This document shows, piece after piece, positions 1 through 7,708 of a stretch of DNA of 24,000 bases. The position numbers were made by a program, and so were the translations under genes. Positions within the stretch are counted from its first letter, which is position 1, and the number at the start of each line of letters is the position of its first letter. The stretch lies in the NCBI RefSeq assembly GCF_023705585.1, contig NZ_BOQE01000001.1, positions 857,341-881,340 of the forward strand, in the 5' to 3' direction. Under the pieces are notes generated by a model. It worked only from the letters and a program-made list of their open reading frames with translations. It was not told the DNA's origin and did no database searches. Source of the DNA: Collibacillus ludicampi. Lineage in GTDB: Bacteria > Bacillota > Bacilli > Tumebacillales > BOQE01.

Positions 1-1
1 C

Positions 2-73
2 ATCGAATTCGTCTTTCTCGATCTGGAAGAAGGGTCGGAAACGATCGTCAATCACGGTGATTTTATAAAATAA
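2..73 (+). CDS. 3' end of an unidentified CDS (partial, ...IEFVFLDLEEGSETIVNHGDFIK*)
   Basis: Only frame open to the window edge. TAA at 71-73 is followed 8 nt later by a hairpin. 23 aa is too short to recognise a family. Confidence 0.3.
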   Translation: MEFVFLDLEEGSETIVNHGDFIK

Positions 74-106
74 AAACAAAGCCCCTGTAGACGAATCTAC
101 AGAGGC
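67..106 (-). terminator. Rho-independent terminator for the micro-protein genes (possibly bidirectional)
   Basis: Hairpin 81-106 (GCCCCTGTAGA-CGAA-TCTACAGAGGC, UUCG tetraloop on the minus strand). On the minus strand it is followed by TTTGTTTTTATTTT. Confidence 0.6.
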
Positions 107-207
107 GTTCAGGAAGTATAGGCTATTTCCGTGCATATGGAGAGTAGTCGGTTCCGGAAAAACGTAATGCGATCCTCCATTGAGAGAAGTGCGCAGAAGA
201 TGCCCGT

Positions 208-336
208 TTAATACGAGTAAGGAGCTGCCGCTGCAGGAGCCGCGCCACTGTAACCTGGGACGAGCAAGAAGAATAAAACAAAGATGATCAGGAATACCAC
301 TGCCCAACGAGTAAAGATGCCGAAACATCCATCCAT
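208..336 (-). CDS. 42-aa single-TM micro-protein (MDGCFGIFTRWAVVFLIIFVLFFLLVPGYSGAAPAAAAPYSY), paralogue of 385..504
   Basis: Below the ORF-track cutoff. ATG 336 has SD GGGAGG (344-349) 7 nt upstream, and TAA is at 208-210. It differs from the neighbouring paralogue mostly at synonymous sites. Confidence 0.6.
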   Translation of the reverse strand: MDGCFGIFTRWAVVFLIIFVLFFLLVPGYSGAAPAAAAPYSY

Positions 337-384
337 TGAATTTCCTCCCTTCCACCGACATACTTATCAAGAACTTTTTAGTTC

Positions 385-504
385 CTAGTAAACGGGAACG
401 GTCTTGCAAACGGTGGTGTAAGTGGGAATTAAGAGAATGAACAATACAAAGATAATCAAGAAAACTACCGCCCAACGAGTAAAGCCACCAAAAATCCCAT
501 CCAT
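385..504 (-). CDS. 39-aa single-TM micro-protein (MDGIFGGFTRWAVVFLIIFVLFILLIPTYTTVCKTVPVY), paralogue of 208..336
   Basis: ATG 504 is preceded by GAAGGAGGA, and TAG is at 385-387. The hydrophobic core is conserved with the downstream paralogue. Confidence 0.6.
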   Translation of the reverse strand: MDGIFGGFTRWAVVFLIIFVLFILLIPTYTTVCKTVPVY

Positions 505-603
505 TATGAATTCCTCCTTCATCTTTTGAACTATTACATTTAATTCGTACATGAAGACTTTCGAAACGGATAAGTATCATTGGCCACTCGTCTATTTTTG
601 ATC

Positions 604-667
604 TTGAAAATGAGTGCTTGGGTGGATGTATCGCTTTGCGCTTGGGTTCGATGAAGGTCGTTCCGCC
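604..667 (-). repeat. Half copy (type-1 end plus one inner half-stem) of the palindromic element family
   Basis: TTGAAAATGAGTGCTTGGGTGGATGTATCGCTTTGCGCTTGGGTTCGATGAAGGTCGTTCCGC matches the left arm of 11000-11143 almost base for base. No partner arm follows. Confidence 0.8.
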
Positions 668-861
668 GCTAGAGGAATGTGTGGCACTGGCTATCTTCGA
701 TACAAGTAAGGAGATATGCAGGAGAATTGGGAAAATGGGAGAAAGAAGTTTCTAAAAAGGAACCGAATTTCCTCGTTTATCTTCAGAAGATTCGTTATGC
801 TTAAAATAAAGGAACACTAACAATTCGGACGTTGGGATGAATGGCAAAGAGGTGAACCGAT

Positions 862-2475
862 ATGAAAACTTCAGCTCCTCCTGTCACATACATAAGCTTG
901 CGAGCGAAAATCAACGGTCTCGTTTTATTAAATATCGTCTTGGTTTTAACTCTCGTCATGTCGGTTGTTTCTTACTTGATGATTCATACGCAATTTGAAG
1001 AAGTGGGTAAAGACGCACTCACACTTGCCAGGATCGTCGCAGATATGCCACAGATCCGACAGGCGTTTCATGAAAAAGATCCGACTTCCATCATTCAGCC
1101 CCTGGTGGAAGGTCTGCGCAAGAAAGCGGGAGCAGAATTTATCGTTGTTGGCAATATGAGTTTGATCCGCTATAGTCATCCCAATCCCGCACTCCTTGGC
1201 AAACCCATGGTAGGAGGAGATGACGACATCGTTTTGAATGGAAAGGAGAGTATTACAGAGGCAGTGGGTACCCTCGGCCTTTCCATTCGAGGCAAATCCC
1301 CAATTTTCGATGAGAACCACCGACAAGTCGGAATCGTCTCTGTCGGTTTCTTGGTAGATAACATTTGGAAGAAAGTGTTTTCCTTATGGTTAAAAATGCT
1401 CTTCGTCGGATTCGTCGGCTTAGTGATAGGGCTCATCGGCGCACATGTGTTATCCGGTCATATCAAACGCCAAATCTTGAATTTGGAACCTTTCGAAATC
1501 GCTTTCTTGGCACAGAAACAAGCAGCCATCCTCGAGTCGATCCGTGAAGGGGTTCTGGCAGTGGACAGTACCGGAAAAATTGCGGCTTGCAATCAGGAAG
1601 CCAAGCGATTGTTAAAGATTGATCATTTTGATATTTTGGGTAAATCTGTCGATGAAACGGTTCCACACCATCGTCTCGTACAAATCCTGAAAGAAGGTCC
1701 CGATCATCTCGATCTGCCTATGATCATCGGTAATTCGCTTGTGATCGTAAACCGGGTATCTGTCATGTTGAAGGATCGTGTAATCGGAGCGGTAGCCACG
1801 TTTCGCGACAAAATGAAATTGGAGCAAATCGAACAGCGCCTCGCCGATGTAAGTAAATACGCGGAAGCCTTGCGCAGTCAACGTCATGAATTCATGAACA
1901 AACTTCATACCATTTCCGGGCTCATTCAGATGGGGGAACACGAAATGGCTAGAGAATTGATCGCCCAAGTCCATCATGAACAACAGCAACTGCTGCAATT
2001 TTTTATGACTCGTATCCGTGATTCGGCAGTCGTAGGTATCCTCATCGGAAAAATGCATCGTGCAAAAGAATTGGGCATCGAACTGACGGTCGATCCCCGC
2101 TCCCACCTGAAGGAGCCTTGTCCGTATCGGGAGATTCTTGTCACCATTTTGGGAAATGCGATCGAAAATGCGTTGGAAGCGATGACCACTTGTGAAACCA
2201 AACTCCGAGAAAAAAGCATCATCGTATACATCAACGATCAGGATGAGCAGCTCGTCATCAGCGTCAAAGATTCCGGACCCGGAATTGATCCCGCGCTTGG
2301 AGAAAAGGTTTTTGAAGATGGCGTCACAACGAAAGGAGCCGGAAGAGGTTTCGGCTTGTCTCTCTTAGCCAAGTTGGTAGCCAATGTAGGAGGGAAACTG
2401 GCGATTCTGTCCTCGCCGGAAGGAGCCACTTTGGAAGCGCGACTGCCGTTACCTGGTGTACCAGAAAACGAGTAG
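862..2475 (+). CDS. Sensor histidine kinase, CitA/DcuS family (B. subtilis CitS/DctS/MalK-like)
   Basis: 537-aa ORF with SD AGAGGTGA about 6 nt upstream. Two TM segments flank an extracytoplasmic Cache/PAS-type domain. H-box RSQRHEFMNKLHTISGL, N-box GNAIENALEA, G-boxes DSGPGI and GRGFGLSL. Confidence 0.9.
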   Translation: MKTSAPPVTYISLRAKINGLVLLNIVLVLTLVMSVVSYLMIHTQFEEVGKDALTLARIVADMPQIRQAFHEKDPTSIIQPLVEGLRKKAGAEFIVVGNMSLIRYSHPNPALLGKPMVGGDDDIVLNGKESITEAVGTLGLSIRGKSPIFDENHRQVGIVSVGFLVDNIWKKVFSLWLKMLFVGFVGLVIGLIGAHVLSGHIKRQILNLEPFEIAFLAQKQAAILESIREGVLAVDSTGKIAACNQEAKRLLKIDHFDILGKSVDETVPHHRLVQILKEGPDHLDLPMIIGNSLVIVNRVSVMLKDRVIGAVATFRDKMKLEQIEQRLADVSKYAEALRSQRHEFMNKLHTISGLIQMGEHEMARELIAQVHHEQQQLLQFFMTRIRDSAVVGILIGKMHRAKELGIELTVDPRSHLKEPCPYREILVTILGNAIENALEAMTTCETKLREKSIIVYINDQDEQLVISVKDSGPGIDPALGEKVFEDGVTTKGAGRGFGLSLLAKLVANVGGKLAILSSPEGATLEARLPLPGVPENE

Positions 2476-2549
2476 TGCCGCCAGCGGCGCCATCAGAGGA
2501 TGAAAAGCTTCTTGTGCGGGAAGAAGTATAAGGCTATCTCAAGAAACGG

Positions 2550-2790
2550 AGTGGCTTTTGGGTGGGTTGTATCGCTTTGCGGCGCAGAGGTGAGTTGAAG
2601 GTCGTTCCGCTTCCTTTAAACCGTTTCAGAGGACATATTCTTTGCGCGTAATAGCGACCTTGAAGGTCGTCTCGCTACATTTGATTGATGTTCAATGCGA
2701 GACGGCCTTCACGGAGCATGAGCGCAAAGAATATGCCTCAAAGAACCCAAGCGCAAAGCGATACACCCACCCAAGCACTAGTTTTCAAAA
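2550..2790 (+). repeat. Long-form (241 bp) copy of the palindromic element family, between kinase and regulator genes
   Basis: Type-2 end AGTGGCTTTTGGGTGGGTTGTATCGCTTTGC (2550-2580). Central hairpin 2631-2737 (GAAGGTCGTCTCGC / GCGAGACGGCCTTC). Type-1 end GAACCCAAGCGCAAAGCGATACACCCACCCAAGCACTAGTTTTCAAAA (2743-2790). Confidence 0.85.
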
Positions 2791-2828
2791 TAGCACCAAT
2801 TATTAAGTCAATAAGGAGGGTATTCACA

Positions 2829-3530
2829 TTGACCAGCCGTCCAATCCGCGTCGCAGTAGTCGATGACGACTTTATGATCGCTAACCTGCACGCCAAATTC
2901 GTACATGCACAAAAAGGATACGAAGTGATCGGAACCGCATACAACTACGAACAGACATTGTCGCTCATCACCCGTTCCAAACCCGATCTGCTGATCCTCG
3001 ATGTGTATATGCCCGACCGTTCCGGAATCGATCTATTGCATACGTTGCGTACACAAAAAATCGCCTGTGACGTGATCCTCATCACGGCGGCAAAAGAGAA
3101 CGATATCGTAGAGGAAGGGTTTCGCCTAGGTATCTTCGACTATCTCATCAAACCCTTTGATTTCGATCAGCTCAAAAAATCGCTCCACAAATACGCGCAA
3201 TTCCGCTCGCGCTTAACAAGCGTAAGCCATCTCGATCAGGAGACGCTCGACGAACTGAAAAAACTGCGCGCCATCGAGGGTACCTCCACCAAATTACCGC
3301 CATCGGGAATCGATCTGAAAACATTGGAACGGATCAGAAAATGCCTGCAACAAGCGGAAGGTCCACAGAGTGCACAGACGATCGCAGAACGGGCCGGTGT
3401 CAGCCGCTCGACGGCAAGAACCTATCTCGTCTATCTCGTTGAGGAAAACATCGCGGAAGAAGAACTCCTATACGGCTCGGTCGGCCGTCCGCAACGGTTA
3501 TACCGTTTAAAAAATCAGCCCACGGCTTGA
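2829..3530 (+). CDS. Response regulator, CitB/DcuR family (CitT/DctR/MalR-like), receiver plus C-terminal HTH
   Basis: TTG 2829 is in frame with SD AAGGAGGG (2813-2820) 8 nt upstream, giving MTSRPIRVAVVDDD. Receiver motifs are VVDDD, LLILDVYMPDRSG and ITAAKE. HTH is QSAQTIAERAGVSRSTARTYLVYL. The ORF-track start at 2685 lies inside the repeat. Confidence 0.88.
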   Translation: MTSRPIRVAVVDDDFMIANLHAKFVHAQKGYEVIGTAYNYEQTLSLITRSKPDLLILDVYMPDRSGIDLLHTLRTQKIACDVILITAAKENDIVEEGFRLGIFDYLIKPFDFDQLKKSLHKYAQFRSRLTSVSHLDQETLDELKKLRAIEGTSTKLPPSGIDLKTLERIRKCLQQAEGPQSAQTIAERAGVSRSTARTYLVYLVEENIAEEELLYGSVGRPQRLYRLKNQPTA

Positions 3531-3542
3531 ACCTGTGGGCTG
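3509..3542. terminator. Hairpin between convergent regulator and ABC binding-protein genes
   Basis: CAGCCCAC (3516-3523) pairs with GTGGGCTG (3535-3542). The regulator stop codon lies in the loop. A T-run follows on the minus strand (ATTTTTT, complement of 3509-3515). Confidence 0.5.
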
Positions 3543-3563
3543 AACACGACATATTTGCAAAAA

Positions 3564-4628
3564 TTATTGATTCTTCGCTGCTTTCTCGACAAACTCGGTC
3601 GTATACGTTTCTTCCAGTTTGATGTTCGCATTTTTCAATTCCGGGTGAAAGGTTGAGAGAACCTCCAAGACTTTTTCCGGTCCCCCTTGCGGCATTTTGC
3701 CGTCTGCCGTGAACATCGCTACACTGTTTTTGAGTGCTTGTATATACATCGCTTTGTCTCCGGCGTAGTATTCATGCGGCAGTTGATCCGCGATTTCTTC
3801 CGGCGTATGGGTCTTGATATAGTGGAGGGTCTTTACAAACGCATTCGCCAAATGTTGTACGACTTCCGGATGTTCCTTCACAAAATCATTCCTCATATAT
3901 AAAGAGGATGCCGGATAGGTTCCGCCCAAAGCTTGTGTTGTCCCTTCCATCGTCGTCATATCGACAAACGTGGAGGCCAAATGTTTCGCCTTCAGCAGCG
4001 AAATCGTCGGTTCCGTGGTCACGGCCAGATCAATGCGACCCTGTTCCATTGCAGCGATTAATGTCTTTCCTGCTCCGACGGCGACGGGCGTATACTCTTT
4101 CGTGGAATGGCCGCCTTTCGTTACCAAATAATTAGCGAGGAAATTCGTCGAAGAACCGAGTCCGGTTACCCCGATCTTTTTCCCTTTCAGATCCGCCACG
4201 GTTTTAATCTGATCCTTCAATTTGTCGGAGACTACCAACTGCTCTCCGGGAACGGAAGCAAACTGGACAACCGATTCGATCTTTTTCCCTTTCGCCTGAA
4301 TATCGATCGTATGATCATAGAAACCGACGACTCCATCCACTTGCCCGGCGATCAATGCTTCTTCCGCCGTCTGACCGGCGGCTTCGTTCATCAATTCAAC
4401 ATCAATGCCTTCCTGTTTAAAATATCCGAGTCTTTGTGTCAACATAGCCGGCAAATAGATGATTTTCTCCAGCCCCCCTACCATGATCTTTACTTTCGGG
4501 ACGGAGGTTCCTCCTTTCGCAGACGTATCTTCCACCGTTTGTTTCGAACCGGCGCCGCACCCTGCCAAGAGCATTCCTGCCATAGCAATACTTGACGCAA
4601 GAATTCCAAGCTTTCTTCCTACTTTCAT
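3564..4628 (-). CDS. ABC transporter substrate-binding lipoprotein, NMT1/THI5-like (NitT/TauT family)
   Basis: 354 aa with SD AAGGGGGA 7 nt upstream. Signal peptide with lipobox LLAGCGAGS. Fold-level resemblance to SsuA/TauA/ThiY-type binding proteins. Confidence 0.85.
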   Translation of the reverse strand: MKVGRKLGILASSIAMAGMLLAGCGAGSKQTVEDTSAKGGTSVPKVKIMVGGLEKIIYLPAMLTQRLGYFKQEGIDVELMNEAAGQTAEEALIAGQVDGVVGFYDHTIDIQAKGKKIESVVQFASVPGEQLVVSDKLKDQIKTVADLKGKKIGVTGLGSSTNFLANYLVTKGGHSTKEYTPVAVGAGKTLIAAMEQGRIDLAVTTEPTISLLKAKHLASTFVDMTTMEGTTQALGGTYPASSLYMRNDFVKEHPEVVQHLANAFVKTLHYIKTHTPEEIADQLPHEYYAGDKAMYIQALKNSVAMFTADGKMPQGGPEKVLEVLSTFHPELKNANIKLEETYTTEFVEKAAKNQ

Positions 4629-4679
4629 TTACAGATCCCCCTTTTCCCATTTCGTTCCTATCGACACTTCACCTGATGG

Positions 4680-5546
4680 TTATTCTTGCCGCACGTGTCG
4701 CCAAGCGATAAAGCGCTTTTCCAGATTAGACACCAGCTTGTCGGCGATCAGTGCGGTAATCGACAACAGAACCATACCAGCGAAAACACCAGTCGTATCA
4801 AAAGCTCCCTGTGCCTGTGAGATCAAAAAACCAAGCCCCTCCGTAGCACCGATGAATTCTCCGACGACCGCCCCGACAAGCGCGAAACCGAAACTCGTGT
4901 GCAGGCTGGATAGGATCCATGTCAATGCAGAAGGGAGAATCACGTGCCGGGCCAATTGTCGTTTGTTTGCTCCCAGTAACCGCGCGTTATTGACCAGATT
5001 GCGATCAACCTCCCGCACTCCCTGAAAAGCGTTGAAAAAGACGATAAAAAACGTGAGCGTCACTCCCAACGCAATCTTCGAAGACATGCCGAGTCCCAGC
5101 CATAAAATAAAAATGGGTGCCAGTACGACGCGGGGCAAAGCATTGAACATTTGAATATAAGGCCCGAAGATCACCGATAAAATCTCACTCATCCCTAACG
5201 CATACCCGGTAATGACCACCAGCACGACCCCTAAAACAAACGAAATGATCGTTTCTTCGAATGTCACGAGAAAATGGATATAGAGAGGACCCTGGGTCGT
5301 ACCGTTGACAAACCAGTCGATCATGTGTTCCACGATCGCCGAAGGGCTGGAGAAAAAGAATGGATCGATGATCTTCCTGGAGGCTAAAAACTGCCATGAA
5401 CCAACCAGAATGATGAACACCGAGATTTGCAACGCCAAATTGCGCAACCGTCGTTTCAACGCTTTGGCCCTGAGCTCTTTTCTCCGATTCTCAACCTCCG
5501 CTTGCGATTGAGTACGCATGTTTCTAGGTACGGTTTGCGTTTGCAT
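4680..5546 (-). CDS. ABC transporter permease (NitT/TauT family, BPD_transp_1)
   Basis: 288 aa, multi-TM. The conserved cytoplasmic loop is of the ARLLGANKRQLARHVILPSAL type. Its start overlaps the upstream ATPase gene. Confidence 0.85.
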   Translation of the reverse strand: MQTQTVPRNMRTQSQAEVENRRKELRAKALKRRLRNLALQISVFIILVGSWQFLASRKIIDPFFFSSPSAIVEHMIDWFVNGTTQGPLYIHFLVTFEETIISFVLGVVLVVITGYALGMSEILSVIFGPYIQMFNALPRVVLAPIFILWLGLGMSSKIALGVTLTFFIVFFNAFQGVREVDRNLVNNARLLGANKRQLARHVILPSALTWILSSLHTSFGFALVGAVVGEFIGATEGLGFLISQAQGAFDTTGVFAGMVLLSITALIADKLVSNLEKRFIAWRHVRQE

Positions 5547-6378
5547 AACTGATCATCACCTCATCGCGCAAATCATTCCAGATTTGTTCATGCAGTTTCA
5601 TAAATTCCGGGTCGAAGCGGATTTCGGATACATTTCTCGGACGCGGTAGATGAATCGGGTAGTCCCCTTTGATCGTCGCCCCGGGGCCCGCCGTCAGAAC
5701 GATCACACGATCACTCAAAGCGATGGCCTCTTCCAGATCATGGGTGATGAAAACGACAGAGGAAGAAGTCTCTTCCCAGATCGTCAAGAGTTCATTTTCC
5801 ATTAACGCACGCGTATGCACATCCAATGCGGAAAACGATTCGTCCATCAGAAGAATCTCCGGCTGCACGATCAGACATTGCGCGAGCGCCACCCTCTTGC
5901 GCATCCCGCCCGACAGCTGGTGCGGATAATGGTTCTCAAATCCTTTCAAGCCTACTCGTTGAATCCATGTTCTCGCCTTTTCATACGCATCCCCCTTGTT
6001 TTCACCACGCAAACGAAGTCCTAAAGATACGTTATCGATCACCGTCTTCCAGGGAAACGCATTTTCCGTTTGAAACACACAAGCGGCGCGGGGGTTGATT
6101 CCTTGCAAGGGTTCCCCGTGAATCTGTACTTTCCCCTCCGATGGTGGTTCAAAACCTGCGATCAAATTGAGCGTCGTCGATTTTCCGCACCCGGTCGGTC
6201 CAACGATCGATACGAACTCCCCTTTCTCCACTTTTAGATGGATGTTGCTCAGTACGGTATGAATTTCGCCTGTCGGTTTTACAAACTCTTTCGTGACACC
6301 GATCAGTTCGATCACTGGTGTTTGAACCGTCCTTGCCGGTTCGTAGCGTACAAACTCCCGACTGCTGCTCATGGGCAT
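5524..6378 (-). CDS. ABC transporter ATP-binding protein (NitT/TauT family)
   Basis: Walker A GPTGCGKST, signature LSGGMRKR, Walker B LLMDESFSALD, H-loop FITHD. The start is placed at ATG 6378 or 6372, directly after AAGGGGGGG. The ORF-track start at 6525 adds 49 implausible residues. Confidence 0.88.
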   Translation of the reverse strand: MPMSSSREFVRYEPARTVQTPVIELIGVTKEFVKPTGEIHTVLSNIHLKVEKGEFVSIVGPTGCGKSTTLNLIAGFEPPSEGKVQIHGEPLQGINPRAACVFQTENAFPWKTVIDNVSLGLRLRGENKGDAYEKARTWIQRVGLKGFENHYPHQLSGGMRKRVALAQCLIVQPEILLMDESFSALDVHTRALMENELLTIWEETSSSVVFITHDLEEAIALSDRVIVLTAGPGATIKGDYPIHLPRPRNVSEIRFDPEFMKLHEQIWNDLRDEVMISYANANRT

Positions 6379-6525
6379 CCCCCCCTTACCGTTTTCGTAG
6401 AAATGAAAGCGTTTACGATTCAAAGTATATAGCGGAAGAAAGAGAGCGGGAAGAATTGTGTTGAATAATCGAAATAAAATAATAATTTTGTTTTTGGTGA
6501 TTTTGACAAGACATGATCCAAGCAT

Positions 6526-6553
6526 GAAAAAAGAGCCGGATCGAAATCCGACT
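6526..6553 (-). terminator. Rho-independent terminator of the dehydrogenase gene
   Basis: Minus strand reads GAGTCGGAT-TTCG-ATCCGGCTC followed by TTTTTT. One internal mismatch, UUCG tetraloop. Confidence 0.7.
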
Positions 6554-6595
6554 CACATGAGTGATTTTATAAAGACGTCGAGCTTGCAATCATTG

Positions 6596-7483
6596 TTAGA
6601 GCTGTCCGTCGAAAAGCTTGAACAACGCTTGCGTTCCGCTGTTCTCCTCTCCTTTTTCGGCCAGTATCTCATATAGCTCTTTCGCCAATTGAAGGCCAGG
6701 CAACTTCACATCCATTTCTTCTGCCGCTTCCAGTGCGATCTTCATATCTTTAATGAAATGTTTAACATAGAACCCCGGGGAAAAGTCTCCGCGAAGCATC
6801 CTCGGAGCAAGATTGCTGAGAGACCAGCTCCCTGCAGCGCCCGTCTGTATGCTTTGCAGTACCTTTTCCGGATCTAAGCCCGCTTTTTTGGCGTACGCAA
6901 TCGCTTCGCAAACACCAATCATGTTGGAAGCGATCGCGATCTGATTGCACATCTTGGTATGTTGCCCCGCACCGGGCCCTCCTTGAAGCACGATATTGTT
7001 GCCCAGAATCTCAAAAATAGGTTTGACAGCTTCGAACACTTCCGGGTCTCCGCCAACCATAATCGCGAGTCTCGCTTCCCGTGCCCCTACATCGCCTCCT
7101 GAAACCGGCGCATCCAACGCATAGATCCCCTTCGTTCGCGCCTCGTTGTAGATTCTTCGTGCCAACAAGGGGCTCGATGTCGTCATATCAATCACGTATG
7201 TACCAGGCTGAGCATGGGGAACAATCCCATTGGGGCCAAGATACACTTCTTCAACATCTCGCGGAAAACCGACCATTGTAACGATCACATTCGCTTGAGA
7301 AGCCAGTTCGGCGACACTTTCTTTCCAAACGGCCCCTTGCCGAATCAGTTCGTCTGCCTTTGATTTCGTCCGATTGTAAACGAGAACCGGGTAACCCGCT
7401 TTCAACAGATGACCAACCATACTTTTTCCCATGACACCCGTTCCGATAAACCCGATGATCGTGTTATCTTTCGTGAGTACCAC
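6596..7483 (-). CDS. NAD(P)-dependent beta-hydroxyacid dehydrogenase (3-hydroxyisobutyrate / tartronate-semialdehyde reductase family, YkwC/GarR-like)
   Basis: 295 aa with GTG start and SD GGGGGAG 5 nt upstream. Rossmann motif GFIGTGVMGKSM. Family motifs DAPVSGG and GAGQHTKMCNQ. Confidence 0.85.
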   Translation of the reverse strand: MVLTKDNTIIGFIGTGVMGKSMVGHLLKAGYPVLVYNRTKSKADELIRQGAVWKESVAELASQANVIVTMVGFPRDVEEVYLGPNGIVPHAQPGTYVIDMTTSSPLLARRIYNEARTKGIYALDAPVSGGDVGAREARLAIMVGGDPEVFEAVKPIFEILGNNIVLQGGPGAGQHTKMCNQIAIASNMIGVCEAIAYAKKAGLDPEKVLQSIQTGAAGSWSLSNLAPRMLRGDFSPGFYVKHFIKDMKIALEAAEEMDVKLPGLQLAKELYEILAEKGEENSGTQALFKLFDGQL

Positions 7484-7708
7484 GCGATCTCCCCCTTTTT
7501 CGATTTTTTCGACTCTTTTTCTATTATACTTGAGATTGATGGGGTATCAAAATTTGTCATTGTACGAAGAGTAGTCACATGAGTAGTCCAATCTGGAGAG
7601 AGGTTGAAGTTCAGAACAAAAGCCCAACTTTATTAGGGATAAGCGCCCTTTTAGGGGATACGAGCATAGTCTGAATCGTGATCGAAATTACAAAAGGGAG
7701 GATCTCTC

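Noticed and set aside
641-655. GGGTTCGAT within the element arm resembling a tRNA T-loop
   Set aside because: No complementary T-stem, acceptor stem or anticodon arm can be drawn around it. The motif recurs only as part of the repeat.
716-820. 34-aa ORF (MQENWENGRKKFLKRNRISSFIFRRFVMLKIKEH) upstream of the kinase
   Set aside because: The apparent SD AAGGAG ends only 2 nt before the ATG, which is too close. The basic low-complexity product has no support.
2685-2828. ORF-track N-terminal extension of the response regulator (MMFNARRPSRSMSAKNMPQRTQ...)
   Set aside because: It is translated from the palindromic element (its ATG lies in the hairpin loop) and has no SD. The receiver domain begins right after the TTG 2829 / AAGGAGGG start.
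2743-2828. Outward-facing promoter in the type-1 end of the element driving the downstream cistron
   Set aside because: No convincing -35/-10 pair is shared by the copies at 2743-2828, 22528-22600 (minus strand) and 505-650 (minus strand). The best matches (TTCATC-17-GATACA, TAGTTT-16-TATTAA) are weak and not conserved.
6379-6525. N-terminal extensions suggested by the ORF track for the ABC ATPase (6525), the PhzF gene (9434), the yjdF gene (12871) and hisG (22536)
   Set aside because: In each case an internal start with a properly spaced SD reproduces the conserved family N-terminus. The extension consists of leader or intergenic sequence.
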